Shown here: piece after piece, positions 1 to 8,642 of the stretch
How the letters are laid out: every line of letters starts with the position of its first letter
How positions within the stretch are numbered: the stretch's first letter is position 1
Assembly (NCBI RefSeq): GCF_000400465.1
Contig: NW_008806284.1
Span: forward strand, 206,001 to 268,000
Length of the DNA stretch: 62,000 bases
Reading direction: 5' to 3'
DNA from: Wallemia ichthyophaga EXF-994
Lineage: Eukaryota > Fungi > Basidiomycota
Made by a program: the position numbers and the translations under genes
Notes under the pieces: model-generated
Told to the model about the DNA's origin: nothing
The model's input: only the letters and a program-made list of their open reading frames with translations
Databases searched by the model: none

Positions 1-1164
1 AGGTATTGGGTTGCGAATAGCATCTGGAGTAAGTCTACTAATATCTGCCGACAATTTACACTCTGTGATAATATCAGCGAGTACTTTGCCTGTAGCAGGG
101 CCTAATAAAATACCCCACACGCTATGTCCAGCGCCGACGTGAATGCCCGGTGAGATGGTCCCTATAAGTGGATTGCTTGAGCTACCAGTAGGTATTGGCA
201 TATAGCAGGCTTGTTCGGCGACTACCTCAGTCAGGCTACCTTGGTATGTAGAGAAGTGTTGTGGGGAGATAAGTGCGGCTTCCTTCTTGAGCTGGGCGAT
301 GCTGGCTGCATCTACCTCAACCTCCGCCGCCGTATTCGGTAGCCTGGCGTCATCTGCACTGCCACATACAAACGCCGTACCATCTGGCCTAGCAAACAGC
401 TCTGGCTCTGATGGCTGATGGCCGCGGACTAGTAGATTGACAAATAAACAGTGGGCTGACATATGCAGCTGGCTCGGTGGCTGGAGGATAATGGAGTGAA
501 TGCGTTGGCCATCGACGCGTGCAATGTTTGATTCTTCACGTGTGAGTGTGTCAGCTGCTAATTTGCCTGTCCATGGACCAGTGGCGAATACGACATGGTC
601 ACACTCAATCTGCCACTCATTTTCACCATCTGAGACAGTTGCTGATCTTGGTCTATTCTCCTTGTCTTGGTTTCTTTCAATCGATATCAAGTGGGCTTTG
701 ACGAAGGTGGCTTTTGATTGTGCTAATAACATTTCCACTAACGGACGCGGATTCACCTGTGCACACATATTCGGTGATCCTAGCAAATTGCACTCGGAGA
801 CAATCACATTCGGATCAACCCAATTTGTACCAAACTTCTTGTGTTCATATTGAGGGCATTTTCGATGACCAATTTCTGCAGATAAGTTGAGTGCTGTTAC
901 TCTGCGATAACCCCAGTTGCGTGGACCGTCCAACTTGTCAGCGAGATCTTGGTGTATACGCCAGCTCAATTGAGATAATGAATTTGAATCAGGGCCATTC
1001 CAATCGGCAGCAATGAAACCACCTGCTTTTCCTGAGGCACCGGGTGCAATGCCTGAGGAATCGATGATAGTGATGTGAGCTGGATCCTGAGACTGTGATA
1101 GGAAGTAGGCAGTTGAAGTACCAACAATACCACAACCAACGATTAAAACGTTTTTATTTGACAT
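1..1164 (-). CDS. FAD-dependent oxidoreductase, DAO/glycine oxidase-like (yeast TDA3-like); 3' end runs off the window
   Basis: Hand translation from ATG 1164: MSNKNVLIVGCGIVGTSTAYFLS (Rossmann GxGxxG) ...APGASGKAGGF... C-terminal GAGHSVWGILLGPATG. No stop was met before base 1, which would explain its absence from the ORF track. Confidence 0.85.
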   Translation of the reverse strand, partial: MSNKNVLIVGCGIVGTSTAYFLSQSQDPAHITIIDSSGIAPGASGKAGGFIAADWNGPDSNSLSQLSWRIHQDLADKLDGPRNWGYRRVTALNLSAEIGHRKCPQYEHKKFGTNWVDPNVIVSECNLLGSPNMCAQVNPRPLVEMLLAQSKATFVKAHLISIERNQDKENRPRSATVSDGENEWQIECDHVVFATGPWTGKLAADTLTREESNIARVDGQRIHSIILQPPSQLHMSAHCLFVNLLVRGHQPSEPELFARPDGTAFVCGSADDARLPNTAAEVEVDAASIAQLKKEAALISPQHFSTYQGSLTEVVAEQACYMPIPTGSSSNPLIGTISPGIHVGAGHSVWGILLGPATGKVLADIITECKLSADISRLTPDAIRNPIP

Positions 1165-1603
1165 TTATACAGTGGATGTTTAAAATGAAAATTAATTTAT
1201 TTTGTACCTTGTAGTACACATACTTATGGGAGTAGTACATGATGAATTGGCTGTGGTTAAGAGGATCAGATATAAGAATATAAATGCTTTAAGAGGTCAA
1301 ATTTGGTTTAATTGGCTCGATTTATTCATCAATTCAGTCAGTAGGCTGCTCAAAGAAAAGACAGCAGCCAACCAATCAAAAGCCACGCACGCAGCGCTTA
1401 AACTCACGGAATTCCTAGATTACCAGCTAAAGCTAACGCATTTCATTCCAATTACACTCACGTTACTTGGTTGTGTGGCTAGAATATGGGATTGGATGGG
1501 ATCCGTTTCCATATCTCATTAGCATTCCATTCCAAGGGTTTCGTATAAAATTCATAACATGGCTCTCTTTCTCTTTCTTAGAACACTGTAAACAATCAGT
1601 AGA

Positions 1604-2125
1604 ATGTCCCTCCTCATCACTCTCACCAGATTCTTCAAAGTCGTAATCATCGCCTTCTCCATCGCGATTATCGTGTTGGGTGCTGTATATACCAGAGACG
1701 TAAGCGACTGGTTTAGCCATGCCCGCTATGCATCAGCCGTCGCCGCTCTCCTCGCCGCATCAGCCTTAAACCTCCTCACAACCCTCATCCCGCTCACATA
1801 CGGTGGTTTATCCGTCGGCCTCAACGTTCTCCTCTACCTCTTCAACTTCCTCTTCACATTCGCAACTGCAATCGCTGTTGCTGCCCTGAGAGAAGGCAGA
1901 GGCGGTATGGCTTACTGCCGCGACTTGCAACCAAACAGGATGTTCTCGCACTGTTTCGACCAGTATCTCGCTCTCATCGTATTAGGCTTCCTCCTCGCCT
2001 TCTTCGACCTCTTCCTCGTCATCATTTACCCCATCGCGGTGATGCTCCACAACAAACGCGTCAACCAGTCAAATGGGTTTAGAACGAGGACTGACAGTCT
2101 CTTACCAAAGCAGCAGGAAAATTGA
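1604..2125 (+). CDS. Four-TM membrane protein, MARVEL-like
   Basis: 173-aa ORF with four hydrophobic segments and a Cys pair (YCRDLQPNRMFSHC) between TM3 and TM4. Confidence 0.6.
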   Translation: MSLLITLTRFFKVVIIAFSIAIIVLGAVYTRDVSDWFSHARYASAVAALLAASALNLLTTLIPLTYGGLSVGLNVLLYLFNFLFTFATAIAVAALREGRGGMAYCRDLQPNRMFSHCFDQYLALIVLGFLLAFFDLFLVIIYPIAVMLHNKRVNQSNGFRTRTDSLLPKQQEN

Positions 2126-2271
2126 AGATGTTTTCTCTTAACTTTGTTCTCCTCTCTTCACTCATGTACCGTGCATCCACATTAATTTTTAATACCTAAT
2201 CTTAATATCACATCGGATTATATTGTCCGTTTACCTTGATTTCTTTATCTGGCTGCTTTGCCTTAACTTAA

Positions 2272-2620
2272 ATGGCTGAAGATGGTTTTGTCTGTGTTTT
2301 CTTAATCCTTGTTTTCTCTTCTCATTCACAATTTACAGGGCTGCGCTGGCCTCATATCCATCTGCTGCGTGTCCATTATCGAACCCATCTGCAACACGCA
2401 CAGATGCGGTATGTGCAACGCGTGCTCCTGCAACTGCTGCAAATGCTGCCAAAATAAATTTGATCAAGATAATTGGAATGCACACAAGAGTCCATTTGAC
2501 AGGGATGACGGTGACACAGCGACCACCCAGCAACCCACACAGCAGCCCAATATGAACGTCGGTGGCGATGCTGTTACTCTAAGCAACAACCCACCTCCAC
2601 CTCCATACTCAACTCAATGA
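2272..2620 (+). CDS. Small cysteine-rich protein (about 99 aa, one predicted intron 2290-2338)
   Basis: ATG 2272 MAEDGF joined via gtctgt...tttacag to GCAGLISICCVSIIEPICNTHRCGMCNACSCNCCKCC...PPPPPYSTQ*. Confidence 0.6.
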
Positions 2621-2676
2621 AAATTAACCTGGGTATCTTCTTTTGTATCTTCCCTACAATTCAATTCACTTTCCGT

Positions 2677-4638
2677 TTAAAACCCTCCAGCTAACTTTGT
2701 TGCCGCTTCTCTCGCATTTATACGCTTCTTATCCGCCTTGTGTCTTGATATACTTGCCGTCGACTGTGACATGCTTTCTCTGCTTGCTGAGGTCGGTGTC
2801 GGTGTGGCCTGGGCTGGAAGTACTGATGACTGTGATAGCGTCGTGCGTGATGTATCTACTCTACCCGTCAATGCACTAGCCGAGGCACCCAGTGGATCAC
2901 TTGAGTTTGTTTGCTTGATTTGCTTATTCTGATTTTGCTCCTCATCTTGCTCCTGCTCCTGTGTCTTTTCTTGTTTCTTCTCCTGCTTCTTCTCTTGCTC
3001 ATACTCCCGCTGCTGCTCCTTCTCTTTCTCTTCCACGCCCCCCTCCACACTCCCACTCCCACCCACGTCCATCCCTTCAACCACCCTCTGGACGGCCTGC
3101 AACTCACCAATTTTAAGACGGGAGTGCTCAACACCCAAAGCGGCGTGTTCACTGAGTAGATGAACGAGATCTTCCTCTGTCTGTTTATCATGAACAGCGA
3201 GAGCCTGATGAAGATGCAGCCCTACGAGCTGAACCTGCTGAGCGAGGTTATCCTCGACAGTCTGCGCCTCTCTCAATTCACCTAGGGACGAATCCGCCCT
3301 CTGTACGTTAATCGCCCTACCACCCTTCATGCGTTCTACTGCGCGTCTCTTCGAGATAGAGCGCTGCACTGCGCGCTGATAGTCATCCTGTAGTTCGTTA
3401 CGCTGCACGAGTGTGTATCTTACTGCTCTCGCATCGCGCGCGCAATAAATTAGCCCGTCATATAGTGTCACCAGCTCTCCCGCACAATGCCGCAGTCCTA
3501 CCTCGCCCATACGCCCAGCACACCGCGAAAGCTTCTCCAAGGAATGCGCCAGACTCGGCATGTGTACTCGCTCCGCACCAGATAGGGTCAATAGTCGCTC
3601 ACTTACACTCGTCTCAGCTGTCGCACTGTCACGTTGACGACGTATCACCATCTCGAGTGTACCGACGACGCGTTGGAGTGCCTTCTCTTGATCTTTAGCT
3701 ACCGCTTGCGCTTGTATTAGGTATGCGTTGGTGTCTTCGTTCTCGTCTGCCGTATTAGTTGCGTCAGACCCGTTAGAGGCGTTGGTTGGGTCGTCGCTAT
3801 ATGCTGCGTGAACCTTTTCTTCCTTCGTCACCGCTGCCCCTCCTCCTCCTCCGCCCCAAAGCCCCAGATTAGGGAGTTTGTTGGATAGCTTAAAGTTGAT
3901 ACCCCCGCCACGTGGTTTGAACAGCTGGACAGGAACGTAGGAGAATTTGTTCATGATAAATGCACGCATATCGCTGTCGTTGTGCAAAGCAACATCCCCA
4001 CTGACCCTATCAAACCAGCGCTGAAGTGCGAGACGCACACGACGGTCATCTTCCTCTTCGCTCTGTGCGTTGGAGGAGTTGGCGGGGAGTGCGGGAATGA
4101 TAGTGGAAGGGTGTGCCTGAGTGAGCTGCTCACTCAACCGCGTCACCTCATCGTATGTGCGCTGTACACCACGATAAACAGAGCTGTTGCGAGATGTTGC
4201 TGTCCCACCGCCTGTATCATAGTCGGGGATATTCGTACTCGCGTCAAATTCAACAAGATAGTCACGTCGATTCTTGGTAATACCAGTAACGCGAATTTTG
4301 AGGAAAGGGGGGGAATCAGCCGTGGTTGTATGGTTATTACTGCTTTTAATGCTGTTGCTACCAGCAGTGGTTATGACAGATGGCTGCGCAAGTGGGGCTG
4401 TTGGCTGGCCATATATCTTAGCAGTGGAGGGTATACTGAGAGTGGATGAGTTCCTGCTGCGTGGTGGTTGCTGTGTATGCTGTTGCTGTTGACGCTCCCT
4501 TTCCCTCTCTTCCAGCGCTGGCAAAGGCTTATCCGTGGAGAGAGATGTGTGCAGTGAGTGCGACGCCGGCGCATCTTCCCAGGCGTTTGAGCTGTCGTAG
4601 AGTGTTGGAGCTGATTGGCTGAGTGGATCACTGTTCAT
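2677..4638 (-). CDS. VPS17: Retromer sorting nexin, PX plus BAR (Vps17-like)
   Basis: 653-aa ORF; FLKIRVTG...FDASTNIP...VQRTYDE PX-like region followed by a coiled-coil BAR region. Confidence 0.8.
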   Translation of the reverse strand: MNSDPLSQSAPTLYDSSNAWEDAPASHSLHTSLSTDKPLPALEERERERQQQQHTQQPPRSRNSSTLSIPSTAKIYGQPTAPLAQPSVITTAGSNSIKSSNNHTTTADSPPFLKIRVTGITKNRRDYLVEFDASTNIPDYDTGGGTATSRNSSVYRGVQRTYDEVTRLSEQLTQAHPSTIIPALPANSSNAQSEEEDDRRVRLALQRWFDRVSGDVALHNDSDMRAFIMNKFSYVPVQLFKPRGGGINFKLSNKLPNLGLWGGGGGGAAVTKEEKVHAAYSDDPTNASNGSDATNTADENEDTNAYLIQAQAVAKDQEKALQRVVGTLEMVIRRQRDSATAETSVSERLLTLSGAERVHMPSLAHSLEKLSRCAGRMGEVGLRHCAGELVTLYDGLIYCARDARAVRYTLVQRNELQDDYQRAVQRSISKRRAVERMKGGRAINVQRADSSLGELREAQTVEDNLAQQVQLVGLHLHQALAVHDKQTEEDLVHLLSEHAALGVEHSRLKIGELQAVQRVVEGMDVGGSGSVEGGVEEKEKEQQREYEQEKKQEKKQEKTQEQEQDEEQNQNKQIKQTNSSDPLGASASALTGRVDTSRTTLSQSSVLPAQATPTPTSASRESMSQSTASISRHKADKKRINAREAATKLAGGF

Positions 4639-4706
4639 CGTCCAGGAACAAGAAGTAAAAGAAATAAAATAAAAAATATAATTATTCAGGTTATCTGATA
4701 ACCATC

Positions 4707-5393
4707 ATGTCGAGAAGCACACAAGTTACAATCACCGCCGCACCTTGGAAATCACTGCTAGAGAATACGCTAAATGAAAATAAAGAAAAGACTAAAAATA
4801 TATTCAACGTTGCTGTTGGTACAGTCCAAGGGAATAGACCTAGAGTGAGGATGATGGTACACAGGGCATTCCAAGGAAATCTACTCCTTACGACAACTGA
4901 TATACGTATGAACAAGATACATCAATTGGAAGATTCCTACGTTGATAACAAAGGCTCACCAATCGATTATGTCTTCTGGATTGAACCTGCTATCCGTCAA
5001 TTCAGATTCACCGGTAACGCTTTCCTTCTGCCTTCACCTTGTCATCGTAATCCAACTCCCTTATCAGATTACCTCATTAATTCTGGTATCGACTTTGAGC
5101 AGAAACGCATTGACATCTATAACTCCATGTCACGCTCTTTACGCGCTTCTTTCGCTAAACCTTTCTCGCCTGGAAGTCATAGATCTTGGGATGAAAATTC
5201 TCATCCGTCTCCCGATAAAGTTGAGTCAGATGACCAAGATGAGTGGTATCAAAAGGGCTTAGACAACTTTGCATTGCTCGTTGTAGACCCATTTCAAGTT
5301 GATTACTGCGATCTCCTCACTCAACCAAATCAACGTAAGGTATTCACACTCAACGAGCAAAACGCGTGGATTGAAGAGGATGTACACCCATAA
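4707..5393 (+). CDS. Pyridoxamine 5'-phosphate oxidase-related FMN-binding protein
   Basis: 228-aa ORF: APWKSLL...VGTVQGNRPRVRMMVHR...RQFRFTG...NFALLVVDPFQVDYCDL. Confidence 0.75.
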   Translation: MSRSTQVTITAAPWKSLLENTLNENKEKTKNIFNVAVGTVQGNRPRVRMMVHRAFQGNLLLTTTDIRMNKIHQLEDSYVDNKGSPIDYVFWIEPAIRQFRFTGNAFLLPSPCHRNPTPLSDYLINSGIDFEQKRIDIYNSMSRSLRASFAKPFSPGSHRSWDENSHPSPDKVESDDQDEWYQKGLDNFALLVVDPFQVDYCDLLTQPNQRKVFTLNEQNAWIEEDVHP

Positions 5394-5414
5394 TGTATAT
5401 AATCATATAAAATC

Positions 5415-6146
5415 TTAATCCAAACTTAAATTGATCGCTGGCATTTCATTCTGTCGCTTGTTAGACGTAGTAACGGGTGTATTACCACCAGATTCATCCT
5501 CCACCTCCATGAATTTTACTCTTTGTCTGTGTAGTAACGGCAGCTTAGGCGTGAGCGTTACCAACAAAGCCACAAAGTTGAATGCAAATAACCAGCTCTG
5601 AAATTTGGTATAGTGAGTTGAAATCAAGAACAATCCAATTGGCACACAGGTAAGCCACTTGCGAGCAGGCGTATACTGAGCACCGCCATCAATCTGTTCC
5701 CAGAATGTAAGCTCATCCCATGCGCCATTGTTGCTCTCAAAAGGAACTCCCTTGACGTGATGGAACATGAGGAACGTGACTGCCATATAACCGCAGTTAA
5801 CCAGTGTCCAGCTGATTTCCTGTGTCATTCCAGGTAAAGCGTCTATTAACAGCTTCCCAAGCGTCACGAGCACTACATGCATCAGCCACGCGCCTTTGAA
5901 ATTTACCCAGTCAGCGTTGTAGTTGTTCAGTGCTCCTTGATCTAGCGTCTCCTGTGCATCTGCTGGTACTTCCTGTAAACTAACAAGCGATGACGATCTC
6001 CCCCTCCTTCTCCTCTGCGGCGGTGGTTGTGATTGTGATTGTGCTTGCGTCTGGTGTGCGCTCCCACTGCCGCCACCACTCCCACTCCCACTCTCCTCTC
6101 CTGATATCACCAGACTCGGTATTGGCGGTGTTGTTCGCGCTGTCAT
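5415..6146 (-). CDS. ORM1: ORMDL/Orm1 sphingolipid synthesis regulator
   Basis: NYNADWVNFKGAWLMHVVL...HHVKGVPF...LTFWEQIDGGAQYTPARKWL...PKLP; first ATG at 6146 (the ORF-track start at 6182 is TTG). Confidence 0.9.
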   Translation of the reverse strand: MTARTTPPIPSLVISGEESGSGSGGGSGSAHQTQAQSQSQPPPQRRRRGRSSSLVSLQEVPADAQETLDQGALNNYNADWVNFKGAWLMHVVLVTLGKLLIDALPGMTQEISWTLVNCGYMAVTFLMFHHVKGVPFESNNGAWDELTFWEQIDGGAQYTPARKWLTCVPIGLFLISTHYTKFQSWLFAFNFVALLVTLTPKLPLLHRQRVKFMEVEDESGGNTPVTTSNKRQNEMPAINLSLD

Positions 6147-6895
6147 TTCTCCTCGCTTTTGCTCTTCGCTGTTGTGAATCAACCGTTCTTTGGGTGTTTT
6201 CCCACTTACGTTTTCTTTTTTCTTGTTTATTCATTTGCCTTGTTATTATAACACTCCTCTGTTCTCTAATTATTCCCTCCACGCTGCTTTCATTTCCCGC
6301 TGCACTGCAAAATCCTCGGCTGGAATGCTTCTCAAGCTTATCATACGCAGTATATCCGTTACCAGTCACAGCTCGCTCTCACTCACTCTCTCGCCCTCTC
6401 TCACCATGTGGAGACGCTGGTGGAGGCGTGCCTGACTTCCTATCCCGCCCCAACGCAATCTAACGCAATCACAGACGTGTTGGAGGCATGTAGCACACTC
6501 CACACTACCTGAGCTGACCATGAGCCTGAGCGTATCAGTAGCTCTGTCGTTGCACAACATTCTCCACGCGTTGTGCCATCTTTGTCTTGCAGCCGCGAGT
6601 GCCTTTTAGCAACTACAAATACACATATACTCCCTTTTCCACCTCAACACCGCCCAATGGCCACTTTTTCCTTACAGTCGACATTGAGTCCAGTAGTCCA
6701 GTGGAAGCCGTCCAATTTCACGTGTCCTTACGCAACATGCGTTGTGAAGGATTCTTACGTGTGTTGTGTGTGTTATTAGGTCTTTATCTGTTCAAACAAC
6801 CGAATCACACCATTGAATCGCGTGCCTGCCCTATTATCTGCCCATTTGAGCTCGTTGGAATGATGCTGATGCGGCTGTCACAATAGCAAGCTCAA

Positions 6896-6909
6896 TGACG
6901 TGTTCGTCA
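6896..6909. promoter_or_regulatory. CRE-like imperfect palindrome TGACGTGTTCGTCA (paralogue of 7458-7471)
   Basis: Shares flanks gctcaaTGACGT..CGTCAca with the 7458 copy, 562 bp downstream. Confidence 0.35.
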
Positions 6910-7153
6910 CAACACTGTAATCACTGCAGACCACGCCAGATTTGGGAAATTTGGAGCACCTAGCTGTTCGAGGAGGTCGAGGGTGCTTCTATTGCGACTG
7001 GCTCTGCCCTATACTCGGTACCGTTCCAGCCAGACAGGTATATCTCAAGAGAGAAATTCGGAATATATAGATGCACACTCATCATATCCCGCTTTCTGAG
7101 ATTCCAACGCAGCCTTGACCGCTTTCATACACCCATTATACGAAATTTCAAAC

Positions 7154-7216
7154 TGCACCTGATCGACCCAAAACTCCGATTTCAGAGTTTGGCTGACCCC
7201 CTCTTTTCTCTGCATA
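7154..7216 (+). repeat. Diverged third copy of the left end of the ENA-flanking repeat
   Basis: tgcacctgatcgacccaaaactccgatttcagagtttggctgaccccctcttttctctgcata aligns by eye (about 80%) to 12403-12465 and 7716-7781. Confidence 0.8.
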
Positions 7217-7457
7217 AATAGCTTTTAAAAGGTATAAAGTGAGGTGAAACAGCAATGATTTTCTCCTGGTTTCGATTTTAAATCTTCTGGAAGCAACTCA
7301 AGTCGACTTGTCTGGGTGCGCAACACGCCTTTCGAGGGGTAAATACTTGAGCTTTTTGGAAACAAGCTGAAGCATATCAGCGGAGCCCTTGAATTATTTT
7401 GTATCTTCCTAATTGAAGCATCGGTATGTGGCGGTATTTGCACGATAGCTTGCTCAA

Positions 7458-7471
7458 TGACGTATACGTCA
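7458..7471. promoter_or_regulatory. Perfect 14-bp palindrome TGACGTATACGTCA (two CRE/ATF half-sites) upstream of ENA
   Basis: Palindrome seen directly; function inferred from bZIP half-site consensus. Confidence 0.4.
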
Positions 7472-7748
7472 CAGCACCAAAACGATTAGCAATATAAACG
7501 TTCTTGGTTTCGTCATGTAGCGAGCAACTGTGTAAATAGGAGACAGGTAAGCTTTTCATAAATAGCCCAGTGATTTTTTCTGTCCTAGTTCAATTGCATG
7601 TGTCATTGTGAAGGAGTAGTGTAGTAGCTAAAAATATCTTAGCGTAGTAAACTGACTTCTGCAATTTCAAATTGGCCTCAAATCCCCCTTATCATGATAA
7701 GTCGATTTTCCGAAATGCACCTGGTCAAGCCAAACCCCCCTGATTTCG

Positions 7749-8139
7749 GAGTTTTCGATGACACCCACTTTTCTCTGCATACCTCTGTTTTTCCAAGCGT
7801 GAAGTGAGCGAAATGGCAAAAACTTTTCTTTGGTGCCAACTTTGAGTCGTGTAGACGCTACGCAACATAAAACGTTTTTCGCGTTTATAGGGCCAAATAT
7901 TTGAGATGTTTGGGTGCTTGCGATCTCTATAAATCAAAATGACTTGCTTTAATCGATTGAGCGCGTTATTCTCTCATTGTCTTGTTTATTTCGTGCTCTA
8001 AAGCAATTTAGATTTATTCCTTCCGATCAGCTTGCAAGGCGCGATAAGGAGCGCCAAGGATACAAGTTTGGCAAAGTCATATTCATTTCAATCATAGCTT
8101 CCAATAAAGCTATTTAATTTGGAGATCATCAATAGTCGT
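7749..8139 (+). repeat. 391-bp direct repeat, copy 1 (upstream of ENA)
   Basis: gagttttcgatgacaccc...catcaatagtcgt appears identical to 12433-12823; offset 4684. Confidence 0.97.
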
Positions 8140-8642
8140 TAGTCTTTCAGCCATATTGAGATGGCAGACGTCGAGGAAATCGGATATAGACGACAAAGAT
8201 AGCTCTGGGGTCCTCGGAATCCCATGAGAGTAATTGTCAAGCTATATTGCATGCAACGGGAGACGTTCATACCAAATTAATTGTTGCAAGGGTGTTAATC
8301 TGGCAAAAGTCTCTTCAATCAGTCAACTCTACCTTCAGATCCAATCCATTTGCCATCGCTTCGTTTTACTCCGGTCTTCATATTCCTGAAACATGCCAAG
8401 AATGCTCGGCACGCGCTACCCACTCACCACCAATAAGCCCAGCATTACAGCAAAGCTATAGGAAATGCTACGACTAAATACCTGAAGGCTGCTTTCTTCG
8501 AAATTTCACCACTTTAATTTCGCAAGCGTGCGAATAACCTGAATGATCTCCTCCAATACAAGTACCTCATCAACTGCCGAGAGCTATAAAATTTATAAGC
8601 AAAATTAAAATGCGCTCACTCCGCGAGTCATTCTCATCAACA

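Noticed and set aside
2868-3191. Leu-rich or Arg/Ser-rich alternative-frame ORFs over VPS17 (also 5980-6463, 20117-20590, 52295-52936, 59430-60113)
   Set aside because: Shadows of low-complexity regions in real genes on another frame or strand.
7725-7937. Minus-strand ORF MIYRDRKHPNISNIW... duplicated at 12430-12621
   Set aside because: Short, no recognisable domain, different ends in the two copies; it simply reflects the DNA repeat.
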